From Shigella phage Sf24: a stretch of 64,000 nucleotides of DNA. Each line of letters opens with the position of its first letter. The stretch's first letter is position 1. The translations under genes and the position numbers were made by a program. The stretch lies in sequence record MF327008. One strand, written 5' to 3'. The notes below the pieces were generated by a model that was not told where the DNA came from, did no database searches, and worked only from the letters and a program-made list of their open reading frames with translations. Shown piece after piece: positions 9,688 to 21,224 of the stretch.

Positions 9688-12600
9688 ATGGCCGAGATTA
9701 AAAGAAAGTTCAGAGCAGAAGACGGTCTGGACGCAGGTGGTGATAAAATAATCAACGTAGCTTTAGCTGATCGTGCCGTAGGAACTGACGGTGTTAACGT
9801 TGATTACTTAATTCAAGAAAACACAGTTCAACAATATGATCCAACTCGTGGATATTTAAAAGATTTTGTAATCATTTATGATAACCGCTTTTGGGCTGCT
9901 ATAAATGATATTCCAAAACCAGCAGGAGCTTTTAATAGCGGACGCTGGAGAGCATTACGTACTGATGCTAACTGGATTACAGTCTCATCTGGTTCATATC
10001 AATTAAAATCTGGTGAAGCTATTTCGGTTAACACTGCAGCTGGTAATGATATTACATTTACTTTACCATCTACTCCAATTGACGGTGATACTATCGTTCT
10101 CCAAGATATTGGAGGAAAACCTGGAGTTAACCAAGTTTTAATTGTAGCTCCAGTACAAAGTATTGTAAACTTTAGAGGTGAACAGGTACGTTCAGTACTA
10201 ATGACTCATCCAAAGTCACAGCTAGTTTTAATTTTTAGTAATCGTCTGTGGCAAATGTATGTTGCTGATTATAGTAGAGAAGCTATAGTTGTAACACCAG
10301 CAAGTCTCTATCAGGCGCAATCTAATGATTTTATCGTACGTAGATTTACTTCTGCTGCACCAATTAATGTTAAACTTCCAAGATTTGCTAATCATGGCGA
10401 TATTATTAATTTCGTTGATTTAGATAAACTGAATCCACTTTATCATACAATTGTTACTACATACGATGAAACGACTTCAGTACAAGAAGTTGGAACTCAT
10501 TCCATTGAAGGCCGTACATCGATTGACGGTTTCTTGATGTTTGATGATAATGAGAAATTGTGGAGATTGTTTGACGGGGATAGTAAAGCACGTTTACGTA
10601 TCATAACGACTAATTCAAATATTCGTCCAAACGAAGAAGTTATGGTATTTGGTGCAAATAACGGAACAACTCAAACGATTGAGCTTCAGCTTCCAACTAA
10701 TATTTCTGTTGGTGATACTGTTAAAATTTCCATGAATTACATGAGAAAAGGACAAACAGTTAAAATCAAAGCTGCAGGTGAAGATAAAATTGCTTCTTCA
10801 GTTCAATTGCTGCAATTCCCAAAACGTTCAGAATATCCGCCTGAAGCTGAGTGGGTTACAGTTCAAGAATTAGTTTTTAACGGTGAAACTAATTATGTTC
10901 CAGTTTTACAGCTTGCTTATATAGAAGATTCTGATGGAAAATACTGGGTTGTACAGCAAAATGTTCCAACCGTAGAAAGAGTAGATTCTTTAAATGATTC
11001 TACTAGAGCAAGATTAGGCGTGATTGCTTTAGCTACACAAGCGCAAGCTAATGTCGATTTAGAAAATTCTCCGCAAAAAGAATTAGCAATTACTCCAGAA
11101 ACATTAGCTAACCGTACTGCTACAGAAACTCGTAGAGGTATCGCAAGAATAGCAACTACTGCTCAAGTGAATCAGAACACCACATTCTCTTTTGCTGATG
11201 ATATTATCATTACTCCTAAAAAGCTGAATGAAAGAACTGCTACAGAAACTCGTAGAGGTGTTGCTGAAATTGCTACGCAACAGGAAACTAATGCAGGTAC
11301 TGATGATACTACAATCATCACTCCTAAAAAGCTTCAAGCTCGACAAGGTTCTGAATCATTATCAGGTATTGTAACCTTTGTATCTACCGCGGGAGCTACT
11401 CCAGCTTCTAGTCGTGAATTAAATGGTACAAACGTTTATAATAAAAACACTAATAATTTAGTTGTTTCGCCTAAAGCTCTAGATCAGTATAAAGCTACTC
11501 CAACGCAGCAAGGTGCAGTAATTTTAGCAGTTGAAAGTGAAGTAATTGCTGGACAGAGCCAAGAAGGATGGGCAAATGCGGTTGTAACGCCAGAAACGTT
11601 ACATAAAAAGACATCAACTGATGGAAGAATTGGATTAATTGAAATTGCTACACAGTCTGAAGTTAATACAGGAACTGATTATACTCGTGCAGTCACTCCT
11701 AAAACTTTAAATGATCGTAAAGCAACTGAAAGTTTAAGTGGTATAGCAGAAATAGCAACACAAGTTGAATTCGACGCAGGCGTCGACGATACTCGTATCT
11801 CTACACCATTAAAAATTAAAACCAGATTTAATAGTACTGATCGTACTTCTGTTGTTGCTCTATCTGGATTAGTTGAATCAGGAACTCTCTGGGACCATTA
11901 TACCCTTAATATTCTTGAAGCAAATGAGACACAGCGTGGTACACTTCGTGTGGCTACACAAGTTGAAGCTGCTGCAGGAACATTAGATAATGTTTTAATA
12001 ACTCCTAAAAAGCTTTTAGGTACTAAATCTACCGAATCGCAGGAAGGTGTTATTAAAGTTGCAACACAAACTGAAACTGTTGCTGGTACATCATCTAATA
12101 CTGCTGTATCTCCAAAGAATTTAAAATGGATCGTGCAGAGCGAACCTACTTGGGCAGCTACAACGGCTATAAGAGGATTTGTTAAAACTTCTTCTGGTTC
12201 TATTACTTTCGTTGGTAATGATACTGTTGGTTCAACACAACCTTTAGAATCATATGAAAAAAATAGCTATGCTATATCTCCATATGAATTAAACAGAGTA
12301 TTAGCTAACTATTTACCATTAAAAGCCAAAGCAGTTGATAGTAATTTACTCGATGGTCTAGATTCACTCCAGTTCATTCGTAGGGACATCGCCCAGACAG
12401 TTAATGGATCACTAACCTTAACGCAACAAACGAATCTGAGTGCCCCTCTTGTATCATCTAGTACTGCTACGTTTGGTGGATCAGTTTCTGCTAATAGTAC
12501 ATTGACTATTTCTAACACAGGAACAGCTACTCGACTGATTTTTGAAAAAGGACCTCAGACTGGAACAAATCCGGCTCAAACGATGACTATCAGAGTTTGG

Positions 12601-13557
12601 GGAAATGAGTTTGGAGGTGGTTCTGATACATCACGTTCAACTGTATTTGAAGTTGGTGATGAAACGTCTAATCACTTCTATTCGCAACGTAATAAAGCTG
12701 GTAATATTGTTTTCAGTATTAATGGTACTGTAATGCCAATAAATGTGAATGCTTCGGGTTCATTGAATGCTAATGGTGTTGCAACATTTGGTAGTTCTGT
12801 TACTGCTAATGGTGAATTCATCAGTAAATCAGCAAATGCTTTTAGAGCAATAAATGGTGATTACGGATTCTTCATTCGTAATGATGGTGGAAACACCTAT
12901 TTCATGTTAACTGCTTCTGGTGATCAAACTGGTGGATTTAATGGATTAAGACCTTTAGCAATAAACAATACATCAGGTCAAGTTACAATCGGTGAAGGAT
13001 TAATTGCAGCAAAAGGTGTTACGATAAATTCTGGTGGTTTGACTGTTAACTCGAGAATTCGTTCTCAAGGTTCTAAAACTGCTGATTTATATACTCGTGC
13101 TCCTACTGCTGATACAGTCGGATTCTGGTCAATTGACATTAATGATTCAGCTACATACAACCAATTCCCTGGTTATTTTAAAATGGTTGAAAAAACTAAT
13201 GAAGTGACTGGGCTTCCATACTTAGAACGTGGTGAAGAAGTTAAATCTCCTGGTACTTTGACTCAGTTTGGTAATACTCTTGATTCACTTTACCAAGATT
13301 GGATTACTTATCCAATAACTCCTGAAGCACGTACAACCCGTTGGACACGTACTTGGCAGAAGAATAAAAATTCATGGTCAAGTTTTGTCCAAGTATTTGA
13401 TGGTGGAAACCCTCCTCAACCTTCTGATATTGGTGCTTTACCTTCTGATAATGCAATAATCGGAAACTTGACAATAAGGGATTTCTTAAGGATTGGTAAC
13501 GTCCGCATTATTCCAGATCCTGTGACTAAATCAGTTAAATTCGAGTGGATTGAATAA
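9688..13557 (+). CDS. 34: Long tail fibre proximal subunit gp34, 1289 aa
   Basis: ORF track; length identical to T4 gp34; internal ~40-aa repeats (ATETRRG..IATQ...ITPKKL) typical of fibre proteins. Confidence 0.9.
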   Translation: MAEIKRKFRAEDGLDAGGDKIINVALADRAVGTDGVNVDYLIQENTVQQYDPTRGYLKDFVIIYDNRFWAAINDIPKPAGAFNSGRWRALRTDANWITVSSGSYQLKSGEAISVNTAAGNDITFTLPSTPIDGDTIVLQDIGGKPGVNQVLIVAPVQSIVNFRGEQVRSVLMTHPKSQLVLIFSNRLWQMYVADYSREAIVVTPASLYQAQSNDFIVRRFTSAAPINVKLPRFANHGDIINFVDLDKLNPLYHTIVTTYDETTSVQEVGTHSIEGRTSIDGFLMFDDNEKLWRLFDGDSKARLRIITTNSNIRPNEEVMVFGANNGTTQTIELQLPTNISVGDTVKISMNYMRKGQTVKIKAAGEDKIASSVQLLQFPKRSEYPPEAEWVTVQELVFNGETNYVPVLQLAYIEDSDGKYWVVQQNVPTVERVDSLNDSTRARLGVIALATQAQANVDLENSPQKELAITPETLANRTATETRRGIARIATTAQVNQNTTFSFADDIIITPKKLNERTATETRRGVAEIATQQETNAGTDDTTIITPKKLQARQGSESLSGIVTFVSTAGATPASSRELNGTNVYNKNTNNLVVSPKALDQYKATPTQQGAVILAVESEVIAGQSQEGWANAVVTPETLHKKTSTDGRIGLIEIATQSEVNTGTDYTRAVTPKTLNDRKATESLSGIAEIATQVEFDAGVDDTRISTPLKIKTRFNSTDRTSVVALSGLVESGTLWDHYTLNILEANETQRGTLRVATQVEAAAGTLDNVLITPKKLLGTKSTESQEGVIKVATQTETVAGTSSNTAVSPKNLKWIVQSEPTWAATTAIRGFVKTSSGSITFVGNDTVGSTQPLESYEKNSYAISPYELNRVLANYLPLKAKAVDSNLLDGLDSLQFIRRDIAQTVNGSLTLTQQTNLSAPLVSSSTATFGGSVSANSTLTISNTGTATRLIFEKGPQTGTNPAQTMTIRVWGNEFGGGSDTSRSTVFEVGDETSNHFYSQRNKAGNIVFSINGTVMPINVNASGSLNANGVATFGSSVTANGEFISKSANAFRAINGDYGFFIRNDGGNTYFMLTASGDQTGGFNGLRPLAINNTSGQVTIGEGLIAAKGVTINSGGLTVNSRIRSQGSKTADLYTRAPTADTVGFWSIDINDSATYNQFPGYFKMVEKTNEVTGLPYLERGEEVKSPGTLTQFGNTLDSLYQDWITYPITPEARTTRWTRTWQKNKNSWSSFVQVFDGGNPPQPSDIGALPSDNAIIGNLTIRDFLRIGNVRIIPDPVTKSVKFEWIE

Positions 13558-13565
13558 GAGGTATT

Positions 13566-14681
13566 ATGGAAAAATTTATGGCAGAGTTTGGACAAGGATA
13601 TGTCCAAACGCCATTTTTATCGGAAAGCAATTCAGTAAGATATAAAATAAGTATAGCGGGTTCTTGCCCGCTTTCTACTGCAGGGCCTTATGTTAAATTT
13701 CAAGATAATCCTATTGGAAGTCAAACATTTAATGCAGGTCTTCATTTGAGAGTTTTTGATCCTACATCAGGAGCGTTAGTCGATAGTAAATCATACGCAT
13801 TTTCATCATCTAACGATACGACATCATCTGCTTTTATTGATTTTATGAATTCTATTTCATCTAATAGAATAGTTGCTATATTAACAAGTGGAAAAGTTAA
13901 TTTCCCTCCTGAAGTAGTTTCTTGGTTAAGAACAGCAGGAACATCTGCTTTTCCATCTGATGCTATATTATCTAGATTTGATGTTTCATACGCAGCTTTT
14001 TACACTTCAGTAAAACGGGCAATCGCGTTAGAACACGTTAAATTAAGTAATAGAAAAAGCACAGATGATTATCAAACTATACTAGATGTAGTATTTGATA
14101 GCATAGAAGATGTTGGAGCAACAGGTTTTCCAAAAAGAACTTATGAAAGCGTTGAACAATTTATGTCAGCAGTTGGTGGAACAAATAATGAAATAGCGCG
14201 TTTACCTACTTCAGCTGCAATAAGTAAACTTTCTGACTACAATTTAATTCCTGGCGATGTTCTTTATCTTAAAGCACAGTTATACGCTGACGCAGATTTA
14301 TTAGCGTTAGGAACTACTAATATTTCAATTCGTTTTTATAACTCATCAAACGGATATATTTCTTCAACCCAAGCTGAATTTACAGGACAGGCTGGATCTT
14401 GGGAATTAAAAGAGGATTATGTGGTTGTTCCAGAAAATGCAGTTGGATTTACGATATATGCACAGAGAACTGCTCAAGCAGGACAAGGCGGCATGCGAAA
14501 TTTAAGCTTTTCTGAAGTATCAAGAAATGGTGGAATTTCAAAACCCGCCGAGTTTGGTGTTAATGGTATTAGAGTTAATTATGTCTGTGAATCTGCTTCA
14601 CCTCCTGATATAATGGTACTTCCAACACAATCGTCTACAAATACTGGAAAAGTTTTTGGACAAGAATTTAGAGAAGTTTAA
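13566..14681 (+). CDS. 35: Tail fibre hinge protein gp35, 371 aa
   Basis: ORF track; synteny and size. Confidence 0.85.
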   Translation: MEKFMAEFGQGYVQTPFLSESNSVRYKISIAGSCPLSTAGPYVKFQDNPIGSQTFNAGLHLRVFDPTSGALVDSKSYAFSSSNDTTSSAFIDFMNSISSNRIVAILTSGKVNFPPEVVSWLRTAGTSAFPSDAILSRFDVSYAAFYTSVKRAIALEHVKLSNRKSTDDYQTILDVVFDSIEDVGATGFPKRTYESVEQFMSAVGGTNNEIARLPTSAAISKLSDYNLIPGDVLYLKAQLYADADLLALGTTNISIRFYNSSNGYISSTQAEFTGQAGSWELKEDYVVVPENAVGFTIYAQRTAQAGQGGMRNLSFSEVSRNGGISKPAEFGVNGIRVNYVCESASPPDIMVLPTQSSTNTGKVFGQEFREV

Positions 14682-14685
14682 ATTG

Positions 14686-14710
14686 AGGGAGCCTCCGGGC
14701 TCCCTTTTTC
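14686..14710 (+). terminator. Rho-independent terminator after gene 35
   Basis: Hairpin GGGAGCC-TCCG-GGCTCCC followed by TTTTTCTTT on the plus strand. Confidence 0.6.
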
Positions 14711-14712
14711 TT

Positions 14713-14720
14713 TATAAATA
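14713..14720 (+). promoter_or_regulatory. Late promoter core TATAAATA for gene 36
   Basis: Exact TATAAATA 24 nt upstream of the gene 36 ATG. Confidence 0.6.
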
Positions 14721-14743
14721 TTACTAAAATAAAGGGGCATACA

Positions 14744-15409
14744 ATGGCTGATTTAAAAGTAGGTTCAACAACTGGAGGCTCTGTCATTTGGCATCAAGGA
14801 AATTTTCCATTGAATCCAGCCGGTGACGATGTACTCTATAAATCATTTAAAATATATACAGAATATAATAAACCACAAGCAGCTGATAACGATTTCGTTT
14901 CTAAAGCTAATGGTGGTACTTACGCTTCAAAGGTAACATTTAACGGTGGCGTGCAAATACCATATGCTATAAACAATACAAACCAAAGCGGTATTTTTCC
15001 TGGTAATGGTGATGCTGCTACTTTTGCTACAGCAAATATTGATATTGTTTCATGGTATGGAATTGGTTTTAAATCATCACAAGGATCTGCAGGTAGAACT
15101 GTAGTAATTAATGCACGTAATGGTGATATTAGCACAAAAGGCGTTGTATCTGCTTCAGGACAAGTAAGAAGCGATATGACTGCTCCAGTTGCAGCAAATG
15201 ATCTCACAAGAAAAGATTATGTTGATGGAGCAATAAATATTGTTACGGATAACGCAAATTCACGTGTATTGCGTAGAGGCGATACTATGACTGGAAATTT
15301 AACAGCTCCAAACTTTTTCTCACAGAATCCAGCGTCTCAACCTTCACATGTTCCACGATTTGATCAAATTGTTATTAAGGATTCTGTTCAAGATTTCGGC
15401 TATTATTAA
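14744..15409 (+). CDS. 36: Tail fibre protein gp36, 221 aa
   Basis: ORF track; synteny and size as in T4. Confidence 0.85.
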   Translation: MADLKVGSTTGGSVIWHQGNFPLNPAGDDVLYKSFKIYTEYNKPQAADNDFVSKANGGTYASKVTFNGGVQIPYAINNTNQSGIFPGNGDAATFATANIDIVSWYGIGFKSSQGSAGRTVVINARNGDISTKGVVSASGQVRSDMTAPVAANDLTRKDYVDGAINIVTDNANSRVLRRGDTMTGNLTAPNFFSQNPASQPSHVPRFDQIVIKDSVQDFGYY

Positions 15410-15417
15410 GAGGACTT

Positions 15418-18400
15418 ATGGCTACTTTAAAACAAATACAATTTAAAAGAAGCAAAACTGCAGGTCAACGCCCTGCTGCTTCAGTATTAGCCGAAGGTGA
15501 ATTGGCTATAAACTTAAAAGACCGTACTCTTTTTACTAAAGATGACTCGGGAAATATTATTGATTTAAGCATTTCTGCCGGTGGTAACATTAGTGGAAAT
15601 ATTACTCAAAATGGTGATTATTTACAAAACGGCACGTATAATCTTAATGGAAATCAGTTTGTTTATGCAGGAAAGTATATTGAATTCTTGCCAAAAACTG
15701 CTGGAAATGGTGCTTGGGCAAATCAGCACACAAATAAAGCTCCAATTTTCACCGATTTGAGTTCAACTACTTCAACTTCTGAATATCATCCGCTAATTAA
15801 ACAACGTTATAAAGATGGAACGTTTTCATTAGGGACTTTAGTTTCTGAAGGCTCAATGAAGATACACTATATCGATGAAACTGGCACTTCAAAATATTGG
15901 ACTTTCCGACGTGATGGTGGTTTTGTTGTTGATAGTGGTAGTTTAACTGTTACTGCTGGAAACATATCTGCTTCAGGCAATATTAATTCGGCATCAGGGG
16001 TTGTTTCAGCTCCTCAAATTAATACAAAAACCATTGTTTTAGATACAAAAGCATTTGGACAATATGATTCGCAGTCATTAGTTCAGTATGTTTATCCTGG
16101 CACAGGTGAAACAAACGGTATAAACTATCTTCGTAAAGTTCGCGCAAAATCAGGTGGTACAATTTATCATGAAATAGCTTCAGCTCAAACTGGAAAAAGC
16201 GATGAAATTTCGTGGTGGACTGGAAATACAGCCGTTAATAAACAAATGGGTCTTCGTAATGATGGTGCAATGGTATTACGTCGTTCACTTGCTATTGGCA
16301 CAATTACTACAGATGAAAACGTAAATAACTATGGATCTGCTGGAGCAATGGGAGAAAAATACATTGTTCTTGGAGATGCGTCAACTGGACTAGCTTATAA
16401 AAAGACAGGAGTTTATGACTTAGTTGGTAGTGGTTTATCTGTTGCTTCTATCACTCCCGACAGTTTCCGTAGTACGCGTAAAGCAATTTTTGGACGTTCT
16501 GAAGACCAAGGCGGTACATGGCTTCTTCCTGGTCAAAACGCTGCTCTTCTTTCAGTTCGTACAGATATTGATCAAAATAATAACGGTGATGGTCAAACTC
16601 ATATTGGATATAATAGTAACAGCAAGTTTTATCATTATTTTAGAGGCAGAGGCCGAATGGCTGTTGGAATGGCTGAAGGTCTTATTGTTGAGCCTGGAAT
16701 TTTAGATATTAAAACTGGTTCAAATACTGTTTCTATTAGAGCTGATGGCGGAATTTCATCTACTCAGCGTCTTTCATTGCAGAATGGTATATTTTTATCT
16801 TCTGATGGAAATAACAACGGTATATCGTTTAAAGCTTCTAGCAGTATAGATGGAACTAAAACTCTTAATTGGGATGCTGGTACTCGTGCAGGTCAAAACA
16901 AAAATACAGTAATTTTAAAAGCATGGGGAAATTCATTTAATACAAGTGGTGGAACTGATAGACATACTGTATTTGAAGTTTCTGATTCACAAGGATACTA
17001 CTTTTATGCTCAACGTACTACCCCTGCATCCGGTCAAACAGTAGGTCCTATTAATTTTAAATTTAATGGTACTGTAGAAACCGGTCATATCAATGGATTA
17101 GGTAATATTACTTTATCTGGGGCAGTTATAGCAGATTCTGCTAATATTAAAGGACCGCTAAAAATATCTAATGCTAATACAGCTGATGCTTTTAGAATAT
17201 GGAACGCTGAATATGGAGCCATTTTCCGTCGTTCAGAAACATCATTGCATATTATTCCTACACTTAAAGATGCAGGGGAAAATGGTGGAATAAGTAATCT
17301 TCGCCCATTAAGTATTGATCTTTCAAACGGATTTGTGCAAATGCATCATTCTCTTTCTGTGGGGAATACAGTAAGAACGAATGGATTGTTTGCTGTGGAT
17401 ACTTCAGCTGCTCTTGTTGCAATTAACAGTCACTCTCGTGTTAATGCTAATTTCAGAATGCAATTAGGACAATCATCTTATATTGATGCTGAATGTACTG
17501 ACGCTGTGCGCCCTGCTGGAGCCGGTTCTTTTGCTTCGCAAAATAACGAAAACGTCCGTGCCCCATTCTATATGAATATAGATAGAACTGATACAAGCAC
17601 TTATGTTCCTATTGTGAAACAAAGATACGTGCAAAATAATAGTTGCTATTCTATTGGTACTTTAATTAATGGTGGTAACTTTAGAGTTCATTATCATGAA
17701 GGTGGCGATGGTAGTTCTACAGGCGTAGTTATAAAAGATTTAGGATGGGAATTTAATAAAAACGGTGATTTTTATTCTCCTGGTAAATTAGGCGCTGGAA
17801 ATATTAGAATAGGTACTGATGGTAATATCACGGGTGGTTCTGGTAACTTTGCTAACTTGAATACAACTTTAAACCGTAAAGTTAATTCTGGTTTTATTAC
17901 TTATGGAGCAACTGCAGGTTGGTACAAGTTTGCAACAGTAACAATGCCTCAAGCTACATCAACCGTTTCAATTACAGTCACTGGCGGAAATGGATTTAAT
18001 TCTGGATCATTTAATCAGTGCGCAATTTCTGAAATTGTTCTTCGTACAGGAAACAATAATCCTAAAGGATTAAATGCTGTTCTATATAGAAGAGGACTAA
18101 ATTCATTTAGAGATATTGCTTGGGTTAATACATCTGGTGATACATATGACATTTATGTTAATATGGGAACATATGCTAATCAGTTGATATTTAACTATAG
18201 TTCTGTTGATAATGCCACAGTTCAAATTATTGGCGCATTCAGTTCAGCTCAAAATCCTGTTGATGCATTGCCAGAAACATATGTTAAAGGTCAGGTAGCA
18301 GATGTATTGACTAACTTAGTTGATTCTGGAAAAACGAAGCGTTTTGTTGCTGAATCTGAAATAGCTATTAATAATCAAACTGGATTACGTATTACGAGTA

Positions 18401-19281
18401 ATGGTGATAAATCTGGTTCAAATTCAGTATTATTCAGAAATGATGGATCAGCGTTTTATATTCTTTTAACAGATAAAAACGCAGCAGATGGAAATACGAC
18501 TGCCACAGAAGGAGATTGGAATGGTAAACGTCCTTTCCAAATTAATATGACTTCTGGTGAAGTAACATTCGGAAATAATATTAATATTTATGGAAACGGA
18601 AGCATTACTTGGACAAAAGCCGGAGCAAACCCTAGAAATATGAGAATATTTCATGCAGGTGATGCTTCTCGTGGTAACCGTATTGAAATCGCAGATGATA
18701 CTAATTATATTGCTTACTTTGAAAAAACTCCAGGTGGAGCTAACCGCTTTGTAGTTAATGGTGCTACTGTAGCTGGTGTTAATCAAATGAATTCATTTGG
18801 TATTAACATCAATAACGCGCTTGGTGGAAATAGTATAGCATTTGGTGATAATGACACGGGTATTAAGCAAAACGGCGATGGATTATTAGACATTTATGCG
18901 AATGGTGTGCAAACGTTCCGTTTCCAAAACGGTGATTTGTACTCATATAAAAATATAAATGCCCCAAACGTTTATATTCGTTCTGATATTCGCTTAAAAT
19001 CTAATTTCAAACCTATCGAAAATGCGCTTGATAAAGTTGAAAAACTTACTGGTGTCATTTATGATAAAGCTGAATACATCGGTGGAGAGGCAATTGAAAC
19101 TGAAGCGGGTATTGTGGCTCAAACGTTACAAGACGTTTTACCAGAAGCTGTCCGTGAAACAGAAGACAGCAAGGGTAATAAAATACTCACTGTTTCTTCT
19201 CAAGCCCAGATTGCTCTTCTGGTTGAAGCTGTGAAAACGCTTTCTTCTCGTGTAAAAGAACTTGAATCTAAACTTATGTAA
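15418..19281 (+). CDS. 37: Long tail fibre distal subunit gp37, 1287 aa, with C-terminal intramolecular-chaperone-like domain
   Basis: ORF track; N-terminus [21 protein letters not shown]; C-terminal ~100 aa (RSDIRLKSN...[15 protein letters not shown]...) resemble auto-cleaving chaperone domains of phage fibres. Confidence 0.85.
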   Translation: MATLKQIQFKRSKTAGQRPAASVLAEGELAINLKDRTLFTKDDSGNIIDLSISAGGNISGNITQNGDYLQNGTYNLNGNQFVYAGKYIEFLPKTAGNGAWANQHTNKAPIFTDLSSTTSTSEYHPLIKQRYKDGTFSLGTLVSEGSMKIHYIDETGTSKYWTFRRDGGFVVDSGSLTVTAGNISASGNINSASGVVSAPQINTKTIVLDTKAFGQYDSQSLVQYVYPGTGETNGINYLRKVRAKSGGTIYHEIASAQTGKSDEISWWTGNTAVNKQMGLRNDGAMVLRRSLAIGTITTDENVNNYGSAGAMGEKYIVLGDASTGLAYKKTGVYDLVGSGLSVASITPDSFRSTRKAIFGRSEDQGGTWLLPGQNAALLSVRTDIDQNNNGDGQTHIGYNSNSKFYHYFRGRGRMAVGMAEGLIVEPGILDIKTGSNTVSIRADGGISSTQRLSLQNGIFLSSDGNNNGISFKASSSIDGTKTLNWDAGTRAGQNKNTVILKAWGNSFNTSGGTDRHTVFEVSDSQGYYFYAQRTTPASGQTVGPINFKFNGTVETGHINGLGNITLSGAVIADSANIKGPLKISNANTADAFRIWNAEYGAIFRRSETSLHIIPTLKDAGENGGISNLRPLSIDLSNGFVQMHHSLSVGNTVRTNGLFAVDTSAALVAINSHSRVNANFRMQLGQSSYIDAECTDAVRPAGAGSFASQNNENVRAPFYMNIDRTDTSTYVPIVKQRYVQNNSCYSIGTLINGGNFRVHYHEGGDGSSTGVVIKDLGWEFNKNGDFYSPGKLGAGNIRIGTDGNITGGSGNFANLNTTLNRKVNSGFITYGATAGWYKFATVTMPQATSTVSITVTGGNGFNSGSFNQCAISEIVLRTGNNNPKGLNAVLYRRGLNSFRDIAWVNTSGDTYDIYVNMGTYANQLIFNYSSVDNATVQIIGAFSSAQNPVDALPETYVKGQVADVLTNLVDSGKTKRFVAESEIAINNQTGLRITSNGDKSGSNSVLFRNDGSAFYILLTDKNAADGNTTATEGDWNGKRPFQINMTSGEVTFGNNINIYGNGSITWTKAGANPRNMRIFHAGDASRGNRIEIADDTNYIAYFEKTPGGANRFVVNGATVAGVNQMNSFGININNALGGNSIAFGDNDTGIKQNGDGLLDIYANGVQTFRFQNGDLYSYKNINAPNVYIRSDIRLKSNFKPIENALDKVEKLTGVIYDKAEYIGGEAIETEAGIVAQTLQDVLPEAVRETEDSKGNKILTVSSQAQIALLVEAVKTLSSRVKELESKLM

Positions 19282-19282
19282 A

Positions 19283-19310
19283 AGAGGGCTTCGGCCCTCT
19301 AAGGATTTTT
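19283..19310 (+). terminator. CUUCGG-type hairpin between genes 37 and 38 (possible attenuator)
   Basis: AGAGGGC-TTCG-GCCCTCT followed by AAGGATTTTT; T-run is weak. Confidence 0.35.
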
Positions 19311-19311
19311 A

Positions 19312-20097
19312 ATGGCAATTGTAGGTGTTCCTGGCTGGATTGGTGAATCTGCCGTGAATGAAACAGGACAGCGTTGGATGGATGCTGCAATGAGAGCAGT
19401 CCGTGTTTCAGTTCCCGGTTGGATGAGCTCAATGGCCGGACAATCTAAAGAAGTATATTATAGCATTGGTGCTAGTAATTCTTATAATAAAGATACATTA
19501 ATAAACTGGATAAAAGCACAAGGGTCCACGCCTGTTGTTATTACTATTACAGGAAATATCGTTTCTTCATCAGCGGGTCAACCATGTTTAGATTTTCCTA
19601 GTTCATTAACTAACTCATATGTAACGCTTAATATTAATTCGGGTGTACATGTCTGGGGTCGTGGTGGTAATGGCGGAAATAATTCTGCAGGTGGCGCAGG
19701 TGGTACTGCTATAAACAATGCAATAGGAACCAGATTACGTATTAACAACAATGGGGTTATTGCAGGTGGAGGCGGCGGCGGCGGTGGCGGATACTATTCT
19801 CCTTTTTCACAAATGAAATTAACCTTTGGGGGTGGTGGCGGTCGTCCATTTGGTGCTGCTGGCGGGTCTGCTAATATGGAACAGGGCGCTACTGCTGGTA
19901 CTATTTCTGCACCTGGTAAAGGGTCTGTCAATGGTATCTATAATGGCGGGAATGGCGGTGATGCTGGTGCCGCAGGTGGTAAATGTAATATTCGTGGGCA
20001 AGGATCAGAATATAACGGCGGTGCGGCCGGTAAAGCTGTTACTGGTAATGCTCCAACTTGGACTAAGGTTGGTACAATATATGGTTCAAGAGTATAA
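19312..20097 (+). CDS. 38: T2/T6-type receptor-recognising adhesin gp38, 261 aa, glycine-rich motifs
   Basis: ORF track; MAIVGVPGWIG N-terminus; several Gly-rich blocks including a G9 run separated by variable segments. Confidence 0.8.
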   Translation: MAIVGVPGWIGESAVNETGQRWMDAAMRAVRVSVPGWMSSMAGQSKEVYYSIGASNSYNKDTLINWIKAQGSTPVVITITGNIVSSSAGQPCLDFPSSLTNSYVTLNINSGVHVWGRGGNGGNNSAGGAGGTAINNAIGTRLRINNNGVIAGGGGGGGGGYYSPFSQMKLTFGGGGGRPFGAAGGSANMEQGATAGTISAPGKGSVNGIYNGGNGGDAGAAGGKCNIRGQGSEYNGGAAGKAVTGNAPTWTKVGTIYGSRV

Positions 20098-20129
20098 TTT
20101 TTGAATAAATATCCTTAAAAGGAGGGTTT

Positions 20130-20786
20130 ATGGCAGCACCTAGAATATCATTTTCGCCCTCTGATATTCTATTTGGTGTTCTAGATCGCTTGTTCAAAGA
20201 TAACGCTACCGGGAAAGTTCTTGCTTCCCGGGTAGCTGTCGTAATTCTTTTATTTATGATGGCGATTGTTTGGTATAGGGGAGATAGTTTCTTTGAGTAC
20301 TATAAGCAATCAAAGTATGAAACATACAGTGAAATTATTGAAAAGGAAAGAAATGCACGCTTTGAATCTGTCGCCCTGGAACAACTCCAGATAGTTCATA
20401 TATCATCTGAGGCAGACTTTAGTGCGGTGTATTCTTTCCGCCCTAAAAACTTAAACTATTTTGTTGATATTATAGCATACGAAGGAAGATTACCTTCAAC
20501 AATAACTGAAAAATCACTTGGAGGATATCCTGTTGATAAAACTATGGATGAATATATAGTTCATTTAAATGGACGTCATTATTATTCTGACTCAAAATTT
20601 GCTTTTTTACCAACTAAAAAGCCTACTCCCGAAATAAACTACATGTACAGTTGTCCATATTTTAATTTGGATAATATCTATGCTGGAACGATAACCATGT
20701 ACTGGTATAGAAATGATCATATAAGTAATGACCGCCTTGAATCAATATGCGCTCAGGCGGCCAGAATATTAGGAAGGGCTAAATAA
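20130..20786 (+). CDS. t: Holin T, 218 aa
   Basis: ORF track; matches T4 holin T in sequence and length as recalled; single N-terminal TM segment. Confidence 0.9.
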   Translation: MAAPRISFSPSDILFGVLDRLFKDNATGKVLASRVAVVILLFMMAIVWYRGDSFFEYYKQSKYETYSEIIEKERNARFESVALEQLQIVHISSEADFSAVYSFRPKNLNYFVDIIAYEGRLPSTITEKSLGGYPVDKTMDEYIVHLNGRHYYSDSKFAFLPTKKPTPEINYMYSCPYFNLDNIYAGTITMYWYRNDHISNDRLESICAQAARILGRAK

Positions 20787-21059
20787 TTATTTGTTCGTAT
20801 ACATCTCTAGATATCGATATACACCCTCAAAACCCTCGTTGAATTCGTCGATGAGGGTTTTCTTATCTTCTTGAGTTAATTCAGAAACAATTTTACGGAA
20901 TGAATTCTGATTCAACTTTCTACCTTCATGCGTTACTCCAATCTCATTCAGAAATGCAATAAAATTAGCACGATTCTCAACAATATCTTCTCGGGAAAAT
21001 TTAATCAAAATAGACGCAACAGTAATAATTTCACGAACTGTATCAATATTTTTATTCAT
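20787..21059 (-). CDS. asiA: Anti-sigma70 factor AsiA, 90 aa
   Basis: ORF track; MNKNIDTVREIITVASIL... matches T4 AsiA as recalled. Confidence 0.9.
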   Translation of the reverse strand: MNKNIDTVREIITVASILIKFSREDIVENRANFIAFLNEIGVTHEGRKLNQNSFRKIVSELTQEDKKTLIDEFNEGFEGVYRYLEMYTNK

Positions 21060-21071
21060 TAACTATACCAC

Positions 21072-21224
21072 TCAATTAGTTGACTTTGTTATAATATCAT
21101 CAGACGCTTGATTTGTAAACTGGTCTGTGTTATTTTCTTCAAAAATTTTTTCTACGAATTCCTTGAACGACTCGCGTTCCTGAGCTACATTATGCTCGAT
21201 TACCTTTTCAAGATTATGACTCAT
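21072..21224 (-). CDS. Small hypothetical protein, 50 aa
   Basis: Hand-translated; ATG overlaps the arn stop (ATGA); below ORF-track size cut-off. Confidence 0.3.
   Translation of the reverse strand: MSHNLEKVIEHNVAQERESFKEFVEKIFEENNTDQFTNQASDDIITKSTN

Noticed and set aside
11104-11346. Minus-strand 80-aa ORF inside gene 34
   Set aside because: Antisense to the repeat region of gp34; Ser/Cys-rich low-complexity translation, no promoter or RBS.
19819-20104. ORFs 19819..20001 (minus) and 19826..20104 (plus) overlapping gene 38
   Set aside because: Generated by the GC-rich glycine-codon repeats of gp38; no independent start signals.
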